In this document: piece after piece, positions 1 to 11,110 of the stretch
How the letters are laid out: every line of letters begins with the position of its first letter
Position numbering within the stretch: position 1 is the stretch's first letter
From: Vibrio vulnificus CMCP6
Lineage (GTDB): Bacteria; Pseudomonadota; Gammaproteobacteria; Enterobacterales; Vibrionaceae
Assembly: GCF_000039765.1 (NCBI RefSeq)
Contig: NC_004459.3
Span: 1,260,001 to 1,292,000, forward strand
Direction: 5' to 3'
Length of the DNA stretch: 32,000 nucleotides
Notes under the pieces: generated by a model
The model's database searches: none
Told to the model about the DNA's origin: nothing
What the model saw: the letters and a program-made list of their open reading frames with translations, nothing else
Translations under genes and position numbers: made by a program

Positions 1-16
1 GATTGAGGTTCACACC

Positions 17-1144
17 TCAACGGACCAGCCAGTTACGCGGGTTTTGCGCTTCACTATTGCGGCGAATTTCGAAGTAAAGTGAAGCTCGATCTTGCCCGCC
101 CGTGTCGCCAGCAAGGGCGATCACTTCGCCAGCGGTGACTTTGTCGCCTTCTTTTTTCAACAAAGCCTGGTTGTAGCCATACAAGGTCATGTCGCCTTTG
201 CCGTGGTCTATCAACACCACGAGGCCATAGCCTCTTAAATACTCAGCAAATACCACCGTACCAGGGTAAACCGACTTGACTTGTTCACCATAGCGAGCTG
301 CGATAACAATGCCTTTCCAGTTGATTTGTCCCGTCTGTTTGGTTCCGAATTGGTGCAGTATTGAGCCTTTTAATGGCCAAGGGAGCTTCCCGGCTTGTTT
401 GGCCAAACCGTCCATAGGAATGGCATTGCGTTTAGCCGCTTTAGCAATTTCTGCTTTCAGACGAGTTTCATTACGCTGCAGCTCTGCGAGGTAGTTTTTG
501 TCGCTGGAAATACTTTGTTTGATGTTACCGAGTGTCTTTTTACGCTGGCCTTGAGTTTTCGCCAGTTGTTCGTGTTTCGTCGATTGTTGCTTGAGTAAAG
601 ATTCGATCTGACTTTGCTCATTCAGCAACTGCTGCTGACTTTGTTCAAGTTGTTTCTTGGTGGATTCTAACTCGTTGATGGTTTCCGCTCTCGCTTTGGC
701 GAGATGCTGGAAATATTGGCTAATGCGATCTTCTTCGACGCCCTGTTGCAGTAATGAGGCAGAGGCATTGGCTCTTTGGGTGACATAGTAGGTCTGGATG
801 AGGGTTTCTAAGCGTTCAGTTTGCGCTTTCTTTTGGCCTTCAAGTTCATCCATTTTGCGTTGCAACTGCCCCACATTCGCTTTTGCCGTGGCCAACGCTT
901 GCTTAGTTTGCTTAATCTCTTTCTCTAATTGCGCGATGCTTGTCTCTTGGCTGCGCAGCGATTTTTGCAACTCGTCGAGCTGCTTCTCTTGATTCGATAA
1001 GGCTTTTTGCTGGCGAGAAATTTCATTTTTGACCCCTTGTAGCTCACTTGGACTCGCCCCATTGGTCGGGAAGCTCAGAACAGTAAGAAGAACGCAGGTG
1101 GAAAGGAAAAAAAAGCCTGATTTGTTGGTTTTCTGTTTTGCCAC
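17..1144 (-). CDS. envC: Murein hydrolase activator EnvC (coiled-coil plus degenerate LytM/M23 domain)
   Basis: From ORF 17..1180. It has a hydrophobic signal-like N-terminus and a long Q/E/K-rich coiled coil. The C-terminal block GYGLVVLIDHGKGDMTLYGYN...SLYFEIRR resembles E. coli EnvC. The ATG at 1180 has no SD, whereas the in-frame GTG at 1144 is preceded by AGGAAAG, so 1144 is preferred. Confidence 0.85.
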   Translation of the reverse strand: MAKQKTNKSGFFFLSTCVLLTVLSFPTNGASPSELQGVKNEISRQQKALSNQEKQLDELQKSLRSQETSIAQLEKEIKQTKQALATAKANVGQLQRKMDELEGQKKAQTERLETLIQTYYVTQRANASASLLQQGVEEDRISQYFQHLAKARAETINELESTKKQLEQSQQQLLNEQSQIESLLKQQSTKHEQLAKTQGQRKKTLGNIKQSISSDKNYLAELQRNETRLKAEIAKAAKRNAIPMDGLAKQAGKLPWPLKGSILHQFGTKQTGQINWKGIVIAARYGEQVKSVYPGTVVFAEYLRGYGLVVLIDHGKGDMTLYGYNQALLKKEGDKVTAGEVIALAGDTGGQDRASLYFEIRRNSEAQNPRNWLVR

Positions 1145-1200
1145 GTACGTTCTTTCCTGAGCTATCAATGAAATAAGCATTGCGCTTGTTAGGCGCGCTG

Positions 1201-2022
1201 TTAGATGCCGTCACCGTCAATGAAGTTAGGGTATTTCCCGTTAAAGCCTTGATCCATATCGAGAGAAGGCTTGTCGGATTGCGGTCTCCCTACAATTCGT
1301 GCGGGTACACCAGCGACGGTAGTATGCGGTGGAACGGGTTGAAGTACAACGGAGCAGGAGCCAATTTTTGCACCTTCTCCAACTTCGATATTGCCAAGGA
1401 TTTTTGCCCCAGCTCCGATCATCACCCCTTCGCGGATCTTAGGATGTCGGTCGCCGCACTCTTTACCAGTACCACCTAACGTCACGTCTTGCAGGATGGA
1501 TACATCATTTTCGACGACAGCGGTTTCCCCGATCACGATACCTGTTGCGTGATCCAGCATGATGCCTTTGCCGATACGAGCCGCAGGGTGAATATCCACT
1601 TGGCATGCCACCGAGATTTGATTTTGCAGATAGGTCGCCAGCGCGTAGCGGCCTTGTTTCCACAACCAATTTGCCACGCGATAGCCTTGCAAGGCATGGT
1701 AACCCTTTAGGTAAAGCAGTGGGATAGAATACATAGAAACAGCCGGGTCACGATTCACCGTCGCACAGATATCGCAGGCGGCAGAATCGGTGATGTTAGG
1801 GTCAGCCGCAAAGGCTTCTTCAACCACTTCACGCACTGCCATCGCCGGCATGGAGGCTGTGTTCAGCTTATTGGCTAAAATGTAGCTCAACGCAGCACAC
1901 AAGCTTTCATGCTTGATGATGGTGGCGTGATAAAAACTGGCAAGCATCGGCTCTTGCTCCGATAGCTCACGGGCTTCTTTGACAATGCTCTGCCAGACTT
2001 TTTGTTTTTCACAGTGTTTCAT
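1201..2022 (-). CDS. cysE: Serine O-acetyltransferase
   Basis: 273 aa. The N-terminal SATase helical domain is followed by hexapeptide-repeat left-handed beta-helix motifs (GIVIGETAVV, GVMIGAGAKILGNIEVGEGAKIG). Length and order match CysE. Confidence 0.95.
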   Translation of the reverse strand: MKHCEKQKVWQSIVKEARELSEQEPMLASFYHATIIKHESLCAALSYILANKLNTASMPAMAVREVVEEAFAADPNITDSAACDICATVNRDPAVSMYSIPLLYLKGYHALQGYRVANWLWKQGRYALATYLQNQISVACQVDIHPAARIGKGIMLDHATGIVIGETAVVENDVSILQDVTLGGTGKECGDRHPKIREGVMIGAGAKILGNIEVGEGAKIGSCSVVLQPVPPHTTVAGVPARIVGRPQSDKPSLDMDQGFNGKYPNFIDGDGI

Positions 2023-2061
2023 GGCGTATTCTCACTACTTTGGAATGGGGCCAAAGTGTCC

Positions 2062-3099
2062 TTATTTTCCTTCGGATTTCTTATCGCGAGCCAGCAGATC
2101 TTGCGCTGCCAGGCGCGCATCCTTTCCTTGATATAATACTTGATAGATTTGGTCAACAATAGGCATCTCAACGCCCATACGTTGTGCCAGCATCCACACC
2201 TCTTTGGTGTTGCGGTAGCCTTCGACCACTTGGCCAATATCCGCTTGCGCCGTATCGACGTCTTTTCCTTGCCCAAGTGCAAGACCAAAGCGGCGGTTAC
2301 GTGATTGGTTGTCGGTACACGTCAGCACCAGATCGCCCAAACCTGCCATGCCCATAAAGGTTTCTGGTTGTGCTCCAAGCGCAGCCCCCAAACGACACAT
2401 TTCCGCCAAACCACGAGTGATTAATGCGGTACGAGCATTGGCACCGAAGCCAATTCCGTCAGACATCCCTGCACCAATGGCGATGACGTTTTTCACCGCG
2501 CCACCGAGTTGCATGCCAGTGAAATCACTGTTGGCATAAACACGGAAGGTTTTGCTGCAGTGGATTTTTTCCTGTAGGTCTGCGACAAACTGCGCATCTG
2601 GTGAGGCGACTGAAATCGCAGTTGGCATGCCTGCAGCCAGCTCTTTGGCAAAGGTTGGGCCTGACAACACGGCCAACGAGTAGTGTTCACCCAGTACATC
2701 AAACGCGACGTCTTTTAGAAGGCGACCGGTTTCAGGTTCAAGACCTTTGGTGGCCCAGCAGATACGAGAATCATCACGCAGATAGGGTTTTAAGCTATTG
2801 AGCACAATACCAAACACATGGCTTGGTACGACAACCAACAGATCTCGGCTCGCTTGCACGGCTTTTGCTAAATCGGATTCCACAATCAGGCTCGGTGGGA
2901 ACTCAATACCGGGCAGGAATTCGTGGTTTGCGCGATCCGCCTCGAGCTTAGCCATATGCTCTGGTTCATGTCCCCAAAGGACAACGTTGGCACCGTTACG
3001 TGAAAGTGAGATTGCTAATGATGTGCCGTACGAACCTGCGCCGATCACAGTCATTGAAATCTCTTTGCCGTAGGCGTTATTAACCAGTGTTTGAGTCAT
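2062..3099 (-). CDS. gpsA: NAD(P)H-dependent glycerol-3-phosphate dehydrogenase
   Basis: 345 aa. It has the Rossmann motif [11 protein letters not shown] and conserved blocks [32 protein letters not shown] and [14 protein letters not shown], nearly identical to E. coli GpsA. Confidence 0.97.
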   Translation of the reverse strand: MTQTLVNNAYGKEISMTVIGAGSYGTSLAISLSRNGANVVLWGHEPEHMAKLEADRANHEFLPGIEFPPSLIVESDLAKAVQASRDLLVVVPSHVFGIVLNSLKPYLRDDSRICWATKGLEPETGRLLKDVAFDVLGEHYSLAVLSGPTFAKELAAGMPTAISVASPDAQFVADLQEKIHCSKTFRVYANSDFTGMQLGGAVKNVIAIGAGMSDGIGFGANARTALITRGLAEMCRLGAALGAQPETFMGMAGLGDLVLTCTDNQSRNRRFGLALGQGKDVDTAQADIGQVVEGYRNTKEVWMLAQRMGVEMPIVDQIYQVLYQGKDARLAAQDLLARDKKSEGK

Positions 3100-3188
3100 G
3101 CGTTTACCTGATGGTTGGTTTCATGATGATTGGCAGAGTATACCCTCATTAAAGCGAGCTTGGGTATCGCTTACCTAAGTTAGATCCA

Positions 3189-3233
3189 ATAAAAAATGCA
3201 CATAACATCGTGTTTTAGGATGCATGTGCATTT
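3189..3233 (-). terminator. Rho-independent terminator downstream of secB
   Basis: On the minus-strand RNA, AAAUGCACAU pairs with AUGUGCAUUU as a perfect 10-bp stem, with an inner CAUC/GAUG extension. A UUUUUUAUU tract follows, about 50 nt after the secB stop. Confidence 0.7.
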
Positions 3234-3282
3234 CTTTTAATGCCTTTCACTGTGGCCAGTGAGAGGGGAATTCCATACGGAA

Positions 3283-3750
3283 TTAAGCTTGTTCTGCACC
3301 TTGTTGTGCAGCTTGCTGTTGTAGGTAGTTCATGAACAGCGCATCAAAGTTTACTGGCGCTAGGTTCAGTTGAGGGAACGTACCTTTCACCACTAGGCTT
3401 GAAATGGTTTCACGCGCATATGGGAATAGGATGTTTGGACAGAATGCACCTAGGCAGTGAGCCAATTGACCTGCTTCCATCTTCTCTGCTGTGAAGATAC
3501 CGCCTTGTTGCACTTCACATAGGAATGCCGTTTCTTCTGCGTTTTTCACGGTGACCGTCAAACGTAGAATGACTTCGTAAACGCCTTCACCTAGCTCACG
3601 GCTTTGCGTATCTAGATCCAGTTTCACATCTGGGTTCCACTCTTTTTGGAACATGACTGGTGAGTTTGGCGCTTCGAAAGAAACATCTTTTAGGAAGATA
3701 CGTTGGATAGCAAAGTGTTGTTGGGTATCTTGTGGTGCTGCTTCAGCCAT
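3283..3750 (-). CDS. secB: Protein-export chaperone SecB
   Basis: [19 protein letters not shown] and later blocks match SecB. The track start at 3765 is a TTG. The ATG at 3750 (MAEAAPQ...) is preceded by AAGGA at good spacing and gives 155 aa. Confidence 0.95.
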   Translation of the reverse strand: MAEAAPQDTQQHFAIQRIFLKDVSFEAPNSPVMFQKEWNPDVKLDLDTQSRELGEGVYEVILRLTVTVKNAEETAFLCEVQQGGIFTAEKMEAGQLAHCLGAFCPNILFPYARETISSLVVKGTFPQLNLAPVNFDALFMNYLQQQAAQQGAEQA

Positions 3751-3933
3751 TTTTAAATCCTTCAATATTCGTTAAATCAGACTTGTCGCTTCAAGCCTTG
3801 AATGTGTCTGCCCTGAGACTAACCGAGCCATTCATCAATGACCAGATCAACCCGTCATTACGTGCCAAGTATCACAACTTAGATGATTAACTGCTTTGAT
3901 AATAACCAGTTATCTGACGGGTTTTAGTGGGGA

Positions 3934-4368
3934 TTAACGTTTGCTACGTACCAAAGGTAAGTTTGCTTCGCTCCACGAAATCAGACCGTTTTTCAATACG
4001 CTGACGTTTTCAAAACCCGCTTTAGCCAACAGGTTAGCGCTTTCTTGCGCGGTTTGGCCTGTTTTGCATACTACGATGATTGGGTCAGATTTACGGTTTT
4101 CAAGGCTACCGAAGTTACCGTTCTTGATGTCTGATGGCAAAATGTGAACTGCGTCGGTGATGTGACCTTTTCTGAACTCGTCTTTCGCACGAATATCGAT
4201 CACTTGGCCGTTTTCACGGTTTACCAATGCGGTAAGTTCGTTGACAGTAATGATCTTGTACGCGGCGGTAGCCGATTTCACGAAGCTCATTATCACGGCG
4301 ATCACTAGGCCAACCCATGCCAAAAACATGATCATATTTTGCTGAATAAAGTCGATGTACTCTTGCAT
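3934..4368 (-). CDS. yibN: Membrane-anchored rhodanese-domain protein (YibN-like)
   Basis: It has an N-terminal TM helix (MIMFLAWVGLVIAVIM) and a rhodanese fold with the active-site loop VVCKTGQTA. The start is trimmed to MQEYIDF (ATG 4368), by analogy with the length and N-terminus of 143-aa E. coli YibN. Confidence 0.85.
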   Translation of the reverse strand: MQEYIDFIQQNMIMFLAWVGLVIAVIMSFVKSATAAYKIITVNELTALVNRENGQVIDIRAKDEFRKGHITDAVHILPSDIKNGNFGSLENRKSDPIIVVCKTGQTAQESANLLAKAGFENVSVLKNGLISWSEANLPLVRSKR

Positions 4369-4782
4369 CTTGTTTGCTCTCGAACCATAAGCGGAAAAAT
4401 AAAGTGGCAAGGAGTATAACGAGGTTAGTCGCGAGTGGCGAGTGAGTTAAAACTTTCTAACCAATAAATGGGATCTTATCTCGCCTCATGTCGGTTTGGG
4501 CTATCGAAGTGATTGGCGATATCGACTTTAGAAAAGAGTCGAAGTGGTGGATTATAATGGCAATGAAATCTTTCTGCCCAAGCGAAACTATAATTGGTGG
4601 TTGGTTAAGCGCCTTTTTCTTTATGGCCTGTAAGAATACAACGGGGGTTCGCCAACATAATTTGATCTTATCCTACAGTTTTGCTTAAAAAGTGTAGTAA
4701 AATTACGCTAGTTTTGTTTCAAGGCAAACAGGGAATGAGCCCTAAGTGCCGAAAGTTACTGAAATTTGACGAGGTCATCACT

Positions 4783-6315
4783 ATGTCTGCTAAGAAGCCT
4801 TTGGCTCTAGTTATCCTTGACGGTTACGGTTACCGTGAAGACACAGCAAGCAACGCTATCGCAAACGCAAAAACCCCAGTTATGGACGCGCTGATTGCGA
4901 ATCAACCAAACACGCTTATCTCTGCTTCTGGCATGGATGTCGGTCTGCCTGACGGCCAAATGGGTAACTCTGAAGTGGGTCACACCAACATTGGCGCAGG
5001 TCGCGTGGTTTACCAAGATCTCACTCGTATCACGAAATCAATCCTAGATGGTGAATTCCAGCAAACGGCAGCGCTTGTTGAAGCGATTGACACTGCAGTG
5101 AAAGCGGAAAAAGCGGTTCACATCATGGGTCTGATGTCTCCTGGTGGTGTTCACTCACACGAAGACCACATTCTTGCTGCGGTAGAAATGGCAGCAGAGC
5201 GTGGCGCTGAGAAGATTTACCTACACTGCTTCCTTGATGGTCGTGATACACCACCACGTAGTGCAGAAGGTTCTCTACAACGCTTCCAAGATCTATTCGC
5301 TAAGCTAGGTAAAGGCCGCGTGGCATCTTTGGTGGGTCGTTACTACGCCATGGACCGTGATAACAACTGGGATCGCGTTCAAGTGGCTTACGATCTTCTT
5401 ACTCAAGCGAAGGCAGACTTCACTTATGACTCAGCAGTAGCAGGTCTTGCTGCCGCGTATGAGCGTGGTGAAAACGATGAGTTCGTTAAAGCGACAGAAA
5501 TCAAAGCGGAAGGCCAAGAAAGTGCCGCAATGCAAGATGGCGATGCGGTGATCTTCATGAACTACCGTGCAGACCGTGCACGTCAAATCACCCGTACCTT
5601 CGTCGCTGATTTCGCTGGCTTTGAACGCGCAGTATTCCCTGCAGTGAACTTTGTGATGCTGACTCAATACGCAGCAGACATTCCTCTTGCTATCGCATTC
5701 CCACCTGCATCGCTAGAAAACACCTACGGTGAGTGGTTGTCTAAGCAGGGTCAAACGCAGCTACGTATTTCTGAAACTGAGAAATACGCACACGTGACTT
5801 TCTTCTTCAACGGTGGTGTGGAAACGGAATTTGCAGGTGAAGAGCGTCAGCTTGTCGCTTCTCCTAAAGTGGCGACTTACGACCTTCAACCAGAAATGAG
5901 CTCAACTGAGCTGACTGAGAAAATGGTTGCGGCGATTAAGTCTGGTAAGTACGACACCATTATCTGTAACTACCCGAATGCGGACATGGTTGGTCACACT
6001 GGTGTTTATGAAGCTGCAGAAAAAGCGATTGAAGCGCTGGATGCAAGCGTTGGCCAAGTGGTTGAAGCGATCAAAGAAGTGGGTGGTCAGCTATTGATCA
6101 CAGCAGACCACGGTAACGCAGAAATGATGGTTGACCCAGAAACCGGCGGTATCCACACAGCTCACACTAGCCTACCAGTACCACTTATCTATGTCGGTGA
6201 CAAAGCTGTTGAGTTCAAGGAAGGCGGTAAACTGTCTGACCTAGCACCAACTATGCTGTCTCTAGCGGGTCTAGAGATTCCAGCAGAGATGACTGGCCAA
6301 GTATTGGTTAAGTAA
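4783..6315 (+). CDS. gpmI: 2,3-bisphosphoglycerate-independent phosphoglycerate mutase
   Basis: [32 protein letters not shown] and ADHGNAE are hallmark iPGM motifs. The track ORF starts at an upstream TTG (4681). The ATG at 4783 gives the canonical 510-aa protein. Confidence 0.97.
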
Positions 6316-6336
6316 GCTTGCTAAACAGCTAAATGG

Positions 6337-6364
6337 AAGCCCGAGCATGACTCGGGCTTTTTTG
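6337..6364 (+). terminator. Rho-independent terminator after gpmI, between convergent genes
   Basis: AAGCCCGAG-catga-CTCGGGCTT forms a 9-bp GC-rich stem, followed by TTTTTG. Confidence 0.8.
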
Positions 6365-6374
6365 TCTCTGTGCG

Positions 6375-7262
6375 TCACTGAACTAAGATGGCTGTCCCCG
6401 CCACTGCGACGAAGGCACCAAGCCACGCGTAACGATTGGGGCGTTGTTTGGTGTAGATCCACAGTATTGGCAATAACATGATTGGGGTTGTCGAGGAGAG
6501 CAAGGCGACCATTCCGACATTCCCATCGCGCAAAGCGTACAGGATCAACGTCATGCCCACCGCCATGGCGAGAAAGCCGTTAATGGCGGTAATGGTAAAG
6601 ATACGCCCATTCATTTTTTGTGTTGCCCGAGAAATTTTTGCGCCAGTGGCTCGTAGGAGGCAATGTGCCACAAAAGCGCTGATCATACGAATCGCTGATG
6701 CTGCGACAGGATCGATGTCAGTCTGCATCACTGGCTTGGCAATAATGCCCCCTAGTGCTTGGCATAGAGCCGCCAGTAACCCCAAGGCGATGCCGATCCA
6801 AGCTGCACCTTTGACGGTTTCCAGTGCATTCTGACTTTGTCCACGTCGGCCAAAAAAGATCGCCAGAACAACGCCGGAAAACACCAGCAGCGATCCGAGT
6901 AGCTCCATTGACGTCATACTTTCGCTAAATAGAAAGTAACCGAGAATGGCGGAAAAGACGGCATGGCAAGAGAAGAGCAAGCCCGCTTGGCGAGGTCCCA
7001 TACGATTTAAGCAAGCAAATAGCGCGGTATCGCCAATAAAGATGCCAATTAAGCCTGAAAACATCATGGGCGTGATGTGCTCTGCCATGACACTCGACCA
7101 GCCTCCGGTAAACAGAGCCATACTGGAGAGCATGACCGCCGTGCATCCCATTCGCCAACGACTGTAAGCAAACGACCCCAAATGCTGAGCCGGCGTGACC
7201 GAAAGTAAACTGGCGATCGCCCACAGTAGTGCTGCGGCCAGTGCAAGCCATTCAAATCCCAT
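6375..7262 (-). CDS. EamA/DMT-superfamily transporter
   Basis: 295 aa with about 10 predicted hydrophobic helices in two EamA-like halves. The substrate cannot be inferred. Confidence 0.75.
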   Translation of the reverse strand: MGFEWLALAAALLWAIASLLSVTPAQHLGSFAYSRWRMGCTAVMLSSMALFTGGWSSVMAEHITPMMFSGLIGIFIGDTALFACLNRMGPRQAGLLFSCHAVFSAILGYFLFSESMTSMELLGSLLVFSGVVLAIFFGRRGQSQNALETVKGAAWIGIALGLLAALCQALGGIIAKPVMQTDIDPVAASAIRMISAFVAHCLLRATGAKISRATQKMNGRIFTITAINGFLAMAVGMTLILYALRDGNVGMVALLSSTTPIMLLPILWIYTKQRPNRYAWLGAFVAVAGTAILVQ

Positions 7263-7378
7263 TGATTGTGTGATCCCTAATTGAAGAGATCGACAATATG
7301 CCTCAAGTTATCATCTTGGCAAAGCACAGACGTGACTTTCTCCGCCTTGTGGTCGTGCTTTCTCATTATCCTCTCTCA

Positions 7379-8794
7379 TTAAGCGAGAATCAAAACGGCC
7401 CCATAGACGATGGCTAAGCCAATCACACCGATCAGCAAGCCGACTTTGGCCATGTCTTTGCTCTCGATTAGGCCGGTAGAGTAGGCGAGCGAGTTGGGAG
7501 GCGTTGATACAGGAAGAATCATCCCGAGCGAGGCTGAGAATGCCACCACCACCAGCAAGCCTTGTAAGCCTCCGACGGCTTCTAAACTGCTCATTGAGGT
7601 ACCGATGGCGGCCGCGATTGGCATCAACAAGTTGGCGGTCGCGGTATTGGACATAAAGTTCGCCATAAGCCAGCAGACTAAGGAGAGCGATACGATGATG
7701 GCAAAAGGCGACAAAGCTTCATAATTGATGGCATGCGCTAAGGCTTTCGCCAGCCCGGTTTTTTCCAAGCCGATACCAATGGCAATCCCCCCCGCGACCA
7801 GCCAAAGTACGTCCCAGTTGATCAGCTTGAGTTCTTCTTTGCCCATAATGCCCGTCAATGTAAACACTGCCAGCGGAATGATGGCCACTACATAGGTATT
7901 CATGCCGTGCAATTGCGTGGTCATCCATAGCAAAATCGTGGCGGCAAAGGTGATATACACCACCACGGCACGCCAGCTTTTCTTGAACTTGCCGTCTAAT
8001 TTCAGCGTCATTTTCGCTTCGCTAGAAGGAAAGAGTTTCTGCAATAAAAGCCAAGCAATGGTCAACTGAACAAGAACAAAGGGTAAACCCATTGCCATCC
8101 AGCTGAGAAAGTCGATGCTGTTTTCTCCAGTTAAATATTGCAACGCAATGGCGTTGGGCGGGGTACCAATCGGGGTCGCAATACCACCCGTGTTCGCCGC
8201 AATTGGGATGCACAATACTAGCGCTTTAATGCCCAAATCGCCTTTCGGTGCCGAGGCAACGATGGGCCCCAATAACGCCAGCATCATGACCGTAGTCGCG
8301 GTATTGGACATAAACATCGAAAACACGGCGGTAATCAGCATCAATCCCAACATAATAAATTTGGGTTGCTGGCCAAAAGGCTTGAGCAGTACCCGAGCGA
8401 GGTTGTTATCTAACTCGTATTTTGATGCGGCAATGGCGAGTGCAAATCCGCCCATGAAAAGGATGATGATTGGCGAGGAAAACGCAGAAAAAATGTCGGT
8501 ATAACCAATCAACTCACCGAGATCGTGTCCGGCGGGCGGGGTACGGAACAGGTGTAATCCTTTATCGGAAATCATGATCAGCTCGAGAGCGATGATCAGA
8601 ATTGAAGTGGCAAAAACGGGCACGGGCTCTAAAACCCAAAGTAAGGCTGCAAGTAGAAAGATGGCCAGTAGTCGATGTTGAATGAGCGTCAAATCATCGA
8701 TAGGAATCGCATCGATGGGCATTAACAAAATGCCGATAGGGAGCGCAAAACAAACCAGCAGCTTCCATACCACAGTCATGTTCAATTTCTGCAT
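7379..8794 (-). CDS. DASS/SLC13-family Na+-coupled anion (di/tricarboxylate or sulfate) symporter
   Basis: 471-aa polytopic membrane protein. It carries two hairpin-tip SNT motifs (FMSNTATTVMM, FMSNTATANLLMP) typical of DASS/INDY-type transporters. GAGGTG lies 6 nt upstream of the ATG at 8794. Confidence 0.85.
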   Translation of the reverse strand: MQKLNMTVVWKLLVCFALPIGILLMPIDAIPIDDLTLIQHRLLAIFLLAALLWVLEPVPVFATSILIIALELIMISDKGLHLFRTPPAGHDLGELIGYTDIFSAFSSPIIILFMGGFALAIAASKYELDNNLARVLLKPFGQQPKFIMLGLMLITAVFSMFMSNTATTVMMLALLGPIVASAPKGDLGIKALVLCIPIAANTGGIATPIGTPPNAIALQYLTGENSIDFLSWMAMGLPFVLVQLTIAWLLLQKLFPSSEAKMTLKLDGKFKKSWRAVVVYITFAATILLWMTTQLHGMNTYVVAIIPLAVFTLTGIMGKEELKLINWDVLWLVAGGIAIGIGLEKTGLAKALAHAINYEALSPFAIIVSLSLVCWLMANFMSNTATANLLMPIAAAIGTSMSSLEAVGGLQGLLVVVAFSASLGMILPVSTPPNSLAYSTGLIESKDMAKVGLLIGVIGLAIVYGAVLILA

Positions 8795-8915
8795 TCATCA
8801 CACCTCAAGATTTCACGTGAAAACTTAGGTTAATTCATTGTGCAAAGAACATCTTAGAGGCGGGTTGAAGTTTCTGAATTCCGTTGATTTTTTATGAAGA
8901 GTTTTGTTTTTCGTC

Positions 8916-8944
8916 AAGAAAAAGCCCCAACGGTTGTTGGGGCT
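8916..8944 (-). terminator. Rho-independent terminator after psd
   Basis: On the minus strand, AGCCCCAAC-aacc-GTTGGGGCT forms a 9-bp stem followed by TTTTCTT, starting 11 nt after the psd stop. Confidence 0.8.
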
Positions 8945-8954
8945 AAAAATAAAC

Positions 8955-9812
8955 TTATTGCTGGTGGGCGTATGGGGTGCCCATTACCGTTGGTTGGCCA
9001 TTGGCCATCGACTCATCAAAGCGAATCGCGTCTTTGGCAAAAAGGTTAATGACGGTTGATCCGAGTTTGAAGCGACCCATTTCTTCGCCCTTCTTCAAGA
9101 TAACCGCATGGTTACCAGAAGCAGGATAATCCCATTTGTATACCGTATTGCCACGAGGTGGGGTAATGGTACCCGCCCATACTTGTTCAATACTGCCAAC
9201 AATGGTCGCACCAACAAGCACTTGAGCCATAGGACCAAACTCAGTATCAAAGATACACACCACGCGCTCATTGCGAGCAAATAGGTTGGGTACATTCTCT
9301 GCTGTCAGAGGATTCACCGAGAAAAGATCACCAGGAACGTAAATCATTTGGCGCAGAGTACCATCGCATGGCATGTGTACACGGTGGTAATCACGAGGTG
9401 ACAGATACAACGTCGCGAAGCTACCGTCTTTAAATTCTTCAGCAAGAGCAGCATCACCGCCTAACAGCTCTTGAGCGGAGAAGTCATGCCCTTTCGCTTG
9501 AATCAATTGGCCGTTGGTAATAGGGCCAAACTGGCTGACACAAGCATCCGCTGGGTGGGTAATGATCGCATCACCTTCAGCAATTGGACGTGCGCCTTCT
9601 TTTAGCTCACGCACAAAGAACTCATTGAACGTCTTGTAGTGTTTAGGATCGGCGTGTTTCGCTTCATCCATATTGACGTTGTACTGCTTGATAAACCAGC
9701 GAATGATCGCTGTGGTCAGGCTGCCTGCTTTGGCGGAAGCCAATTTACCCACTAGGCGAGTCAGGCCATGTTGTGGGATCCAGTACTGCAGTCCAACTTT
9801 AATCTTATCCAT
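8955..9812 (-). CDS. psd: Phosphatidylserine decarboxylase proenzyme
   Basis: 285 aa with the self-cleavage LGST motif ([11 protein letters not shown]) and DYHRVHMP blocks. Confidence 0.96.
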   Translation of the reverse strand: MDKIKVGLQYWIPQHGLTRLVGKLASAKAGSLTTAIIRWFIKQYNVNMDEAKHADPKHYKTFNEFFVRELKEGARPIAEGDAIITHPADACVSQFGPITNGQLIQAKGHDFSAQELLGGDAALAEEFKDGSFATLYLSPRDYHRVHMPCDGTLRQMIYVPGDLFSVNPLTAENVPNLFARNERVVCIFDTEFGPMAQVLVGATIVGSIEQVWAGTITPPRGNTVYKWDYPASGNHAVILKKGEEMGRFKLGSTVINLFAKDAIRFDESMANGQPTVMGTPYAHQQ

Positions 9813-9920
9813 TATAAATACCGATGATGTCTGTTTGATTCTTGTTTCGGGCGCGTGATGTTACTGAAAATTATTCCACTTGTCAGTAATCGGTGACGAA
9901 AACTTACACAACAATACGCG

Positions 9921-10979
9921 TTATAAGTCCGCTTTCTTATTGCGCGAATATTGGCGATTGGCTTTGTTCTCCGCCATGCTTTCAATAATGCGATGGTAAT
10001 TATCGTAGCGTACTTCGCTGATCTCACCATTTTCTACAGCCTCACGAATGATACAGCCTGGATCATCCGCGTGCTTGCAATCTCGGAACTTGCAGCCACC
10101 CAAGTAAGGACGAAACTCAAGATAGGCTTTGGTGATTTCTTCTGGCTCCAAGTGCCAGAGCCCAAACTCACGAACCCCTGGAGAGTCGATCAAGTTACCA
10201 CCTGACGGAATGTGATAGAGGCGTGCTGCTGTTGTCGTATGTTGGCCCAAACCGGATAGCTCGGAGATTTCCCCTTCTTCGATATCCAGCTCAGGAATGA
10301 GCGCATTCACCAAGCTCGACTTACCCACGCCTGATTGTCCGACGAAGATATTGATGCGATCTTGCAATTGCGCTTCGAGCTCTGCAATGCCAGCGCCAGA
10401 GCGTTTGCTCACATAAAGGATCTTGTAGCCAATTTTCTCATAGTCAGCCAACCACTCACGATACGTAGCGAGCTCGGCTTCTTGCAACAAATCGATTTTG
10501 TTTAACACCAACAGCGGCTCGATACCAAGGGTCTCTGCCGCAATCAAGTAGCGATCAATGATATTGAGTGACAACTCTGGCAGCACCGATGAGACAATGA
10601 CCATTTGATCAATATTGGCCGCAACGGGTTTTAAACCATCGTAATAGTCAGGTCGAGTTAACACTGAAGTACGCGGCTCTACAGCTTCAACCACGCCTGA
10701 AATTCCGGCCATTGACTCTAAGCCTTTGCGCCAAATGACCTTGTCACCGGAAACCAGTGATTCAATACCTCGACGCAAATTACAGCGCTCAATCAGCCCG
10801 GTTTCGGCATCTTCAATATCTGCGTGTTGACCGAAACGTGTGATCACTAGCCCTCTACGGCTATCACCCAACATTGCTTCATCCCATTGAATGGTGTCGG
10901 CTTGTTTCTTCAGTCTTTTTTGTTGGTTGTCGCGTACACGACGTACTTGACCCTGAGTTAACTTCTTCTTTTTTGCCAC
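9921..10979 (-). CDS. rsgA: Ribosome small-subunit-dependent GTPase A
   Basis: 352 aa with a circularly permuted GTPase (NKIDLL ... [10 protein letters not shown] ... DSPG) and a C-terminal zinc knuckle [14 protein letters not shown]. Confidence 0.95.
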
Positions 10980-11110
10980 GATATCTACTTTATTTGTTCG
11001 CTGATAACGAGCTAAGTATGACGACTTTCGCTACATTATCGAAGTATCTTGTTATTACTATTTTGAGGTATAGTACCTCTTTTAGCAGCAAACAAATAGG
11101 CAACTCATCT

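Noticed and set aside
4488-4688. A 66-aa ORF in the 370-bp rhodanese/gpmI divergent intergenic region.
   Set aside because: It has no SD, an odd composition (W/C/F-rich) and no family resemblance. The region is better explained as divergent promoter space. I also found no convincing structured RNA there by eye.
4681-4782. N-terminal extensions in the ORF track for gpmI (4681), orn (10874), tsaE (14603), secB (3765), the rhodanese gene (4410), the amidohydrolase gene (29861) and envC (1180).
   Set aside because: The extensions start at non-ATG or SD-less codons and overlap neighbouring genes or promoters. They add residues that are absent from the conserved family N-termini. Internal starts with SD sequences give canonical lengths.
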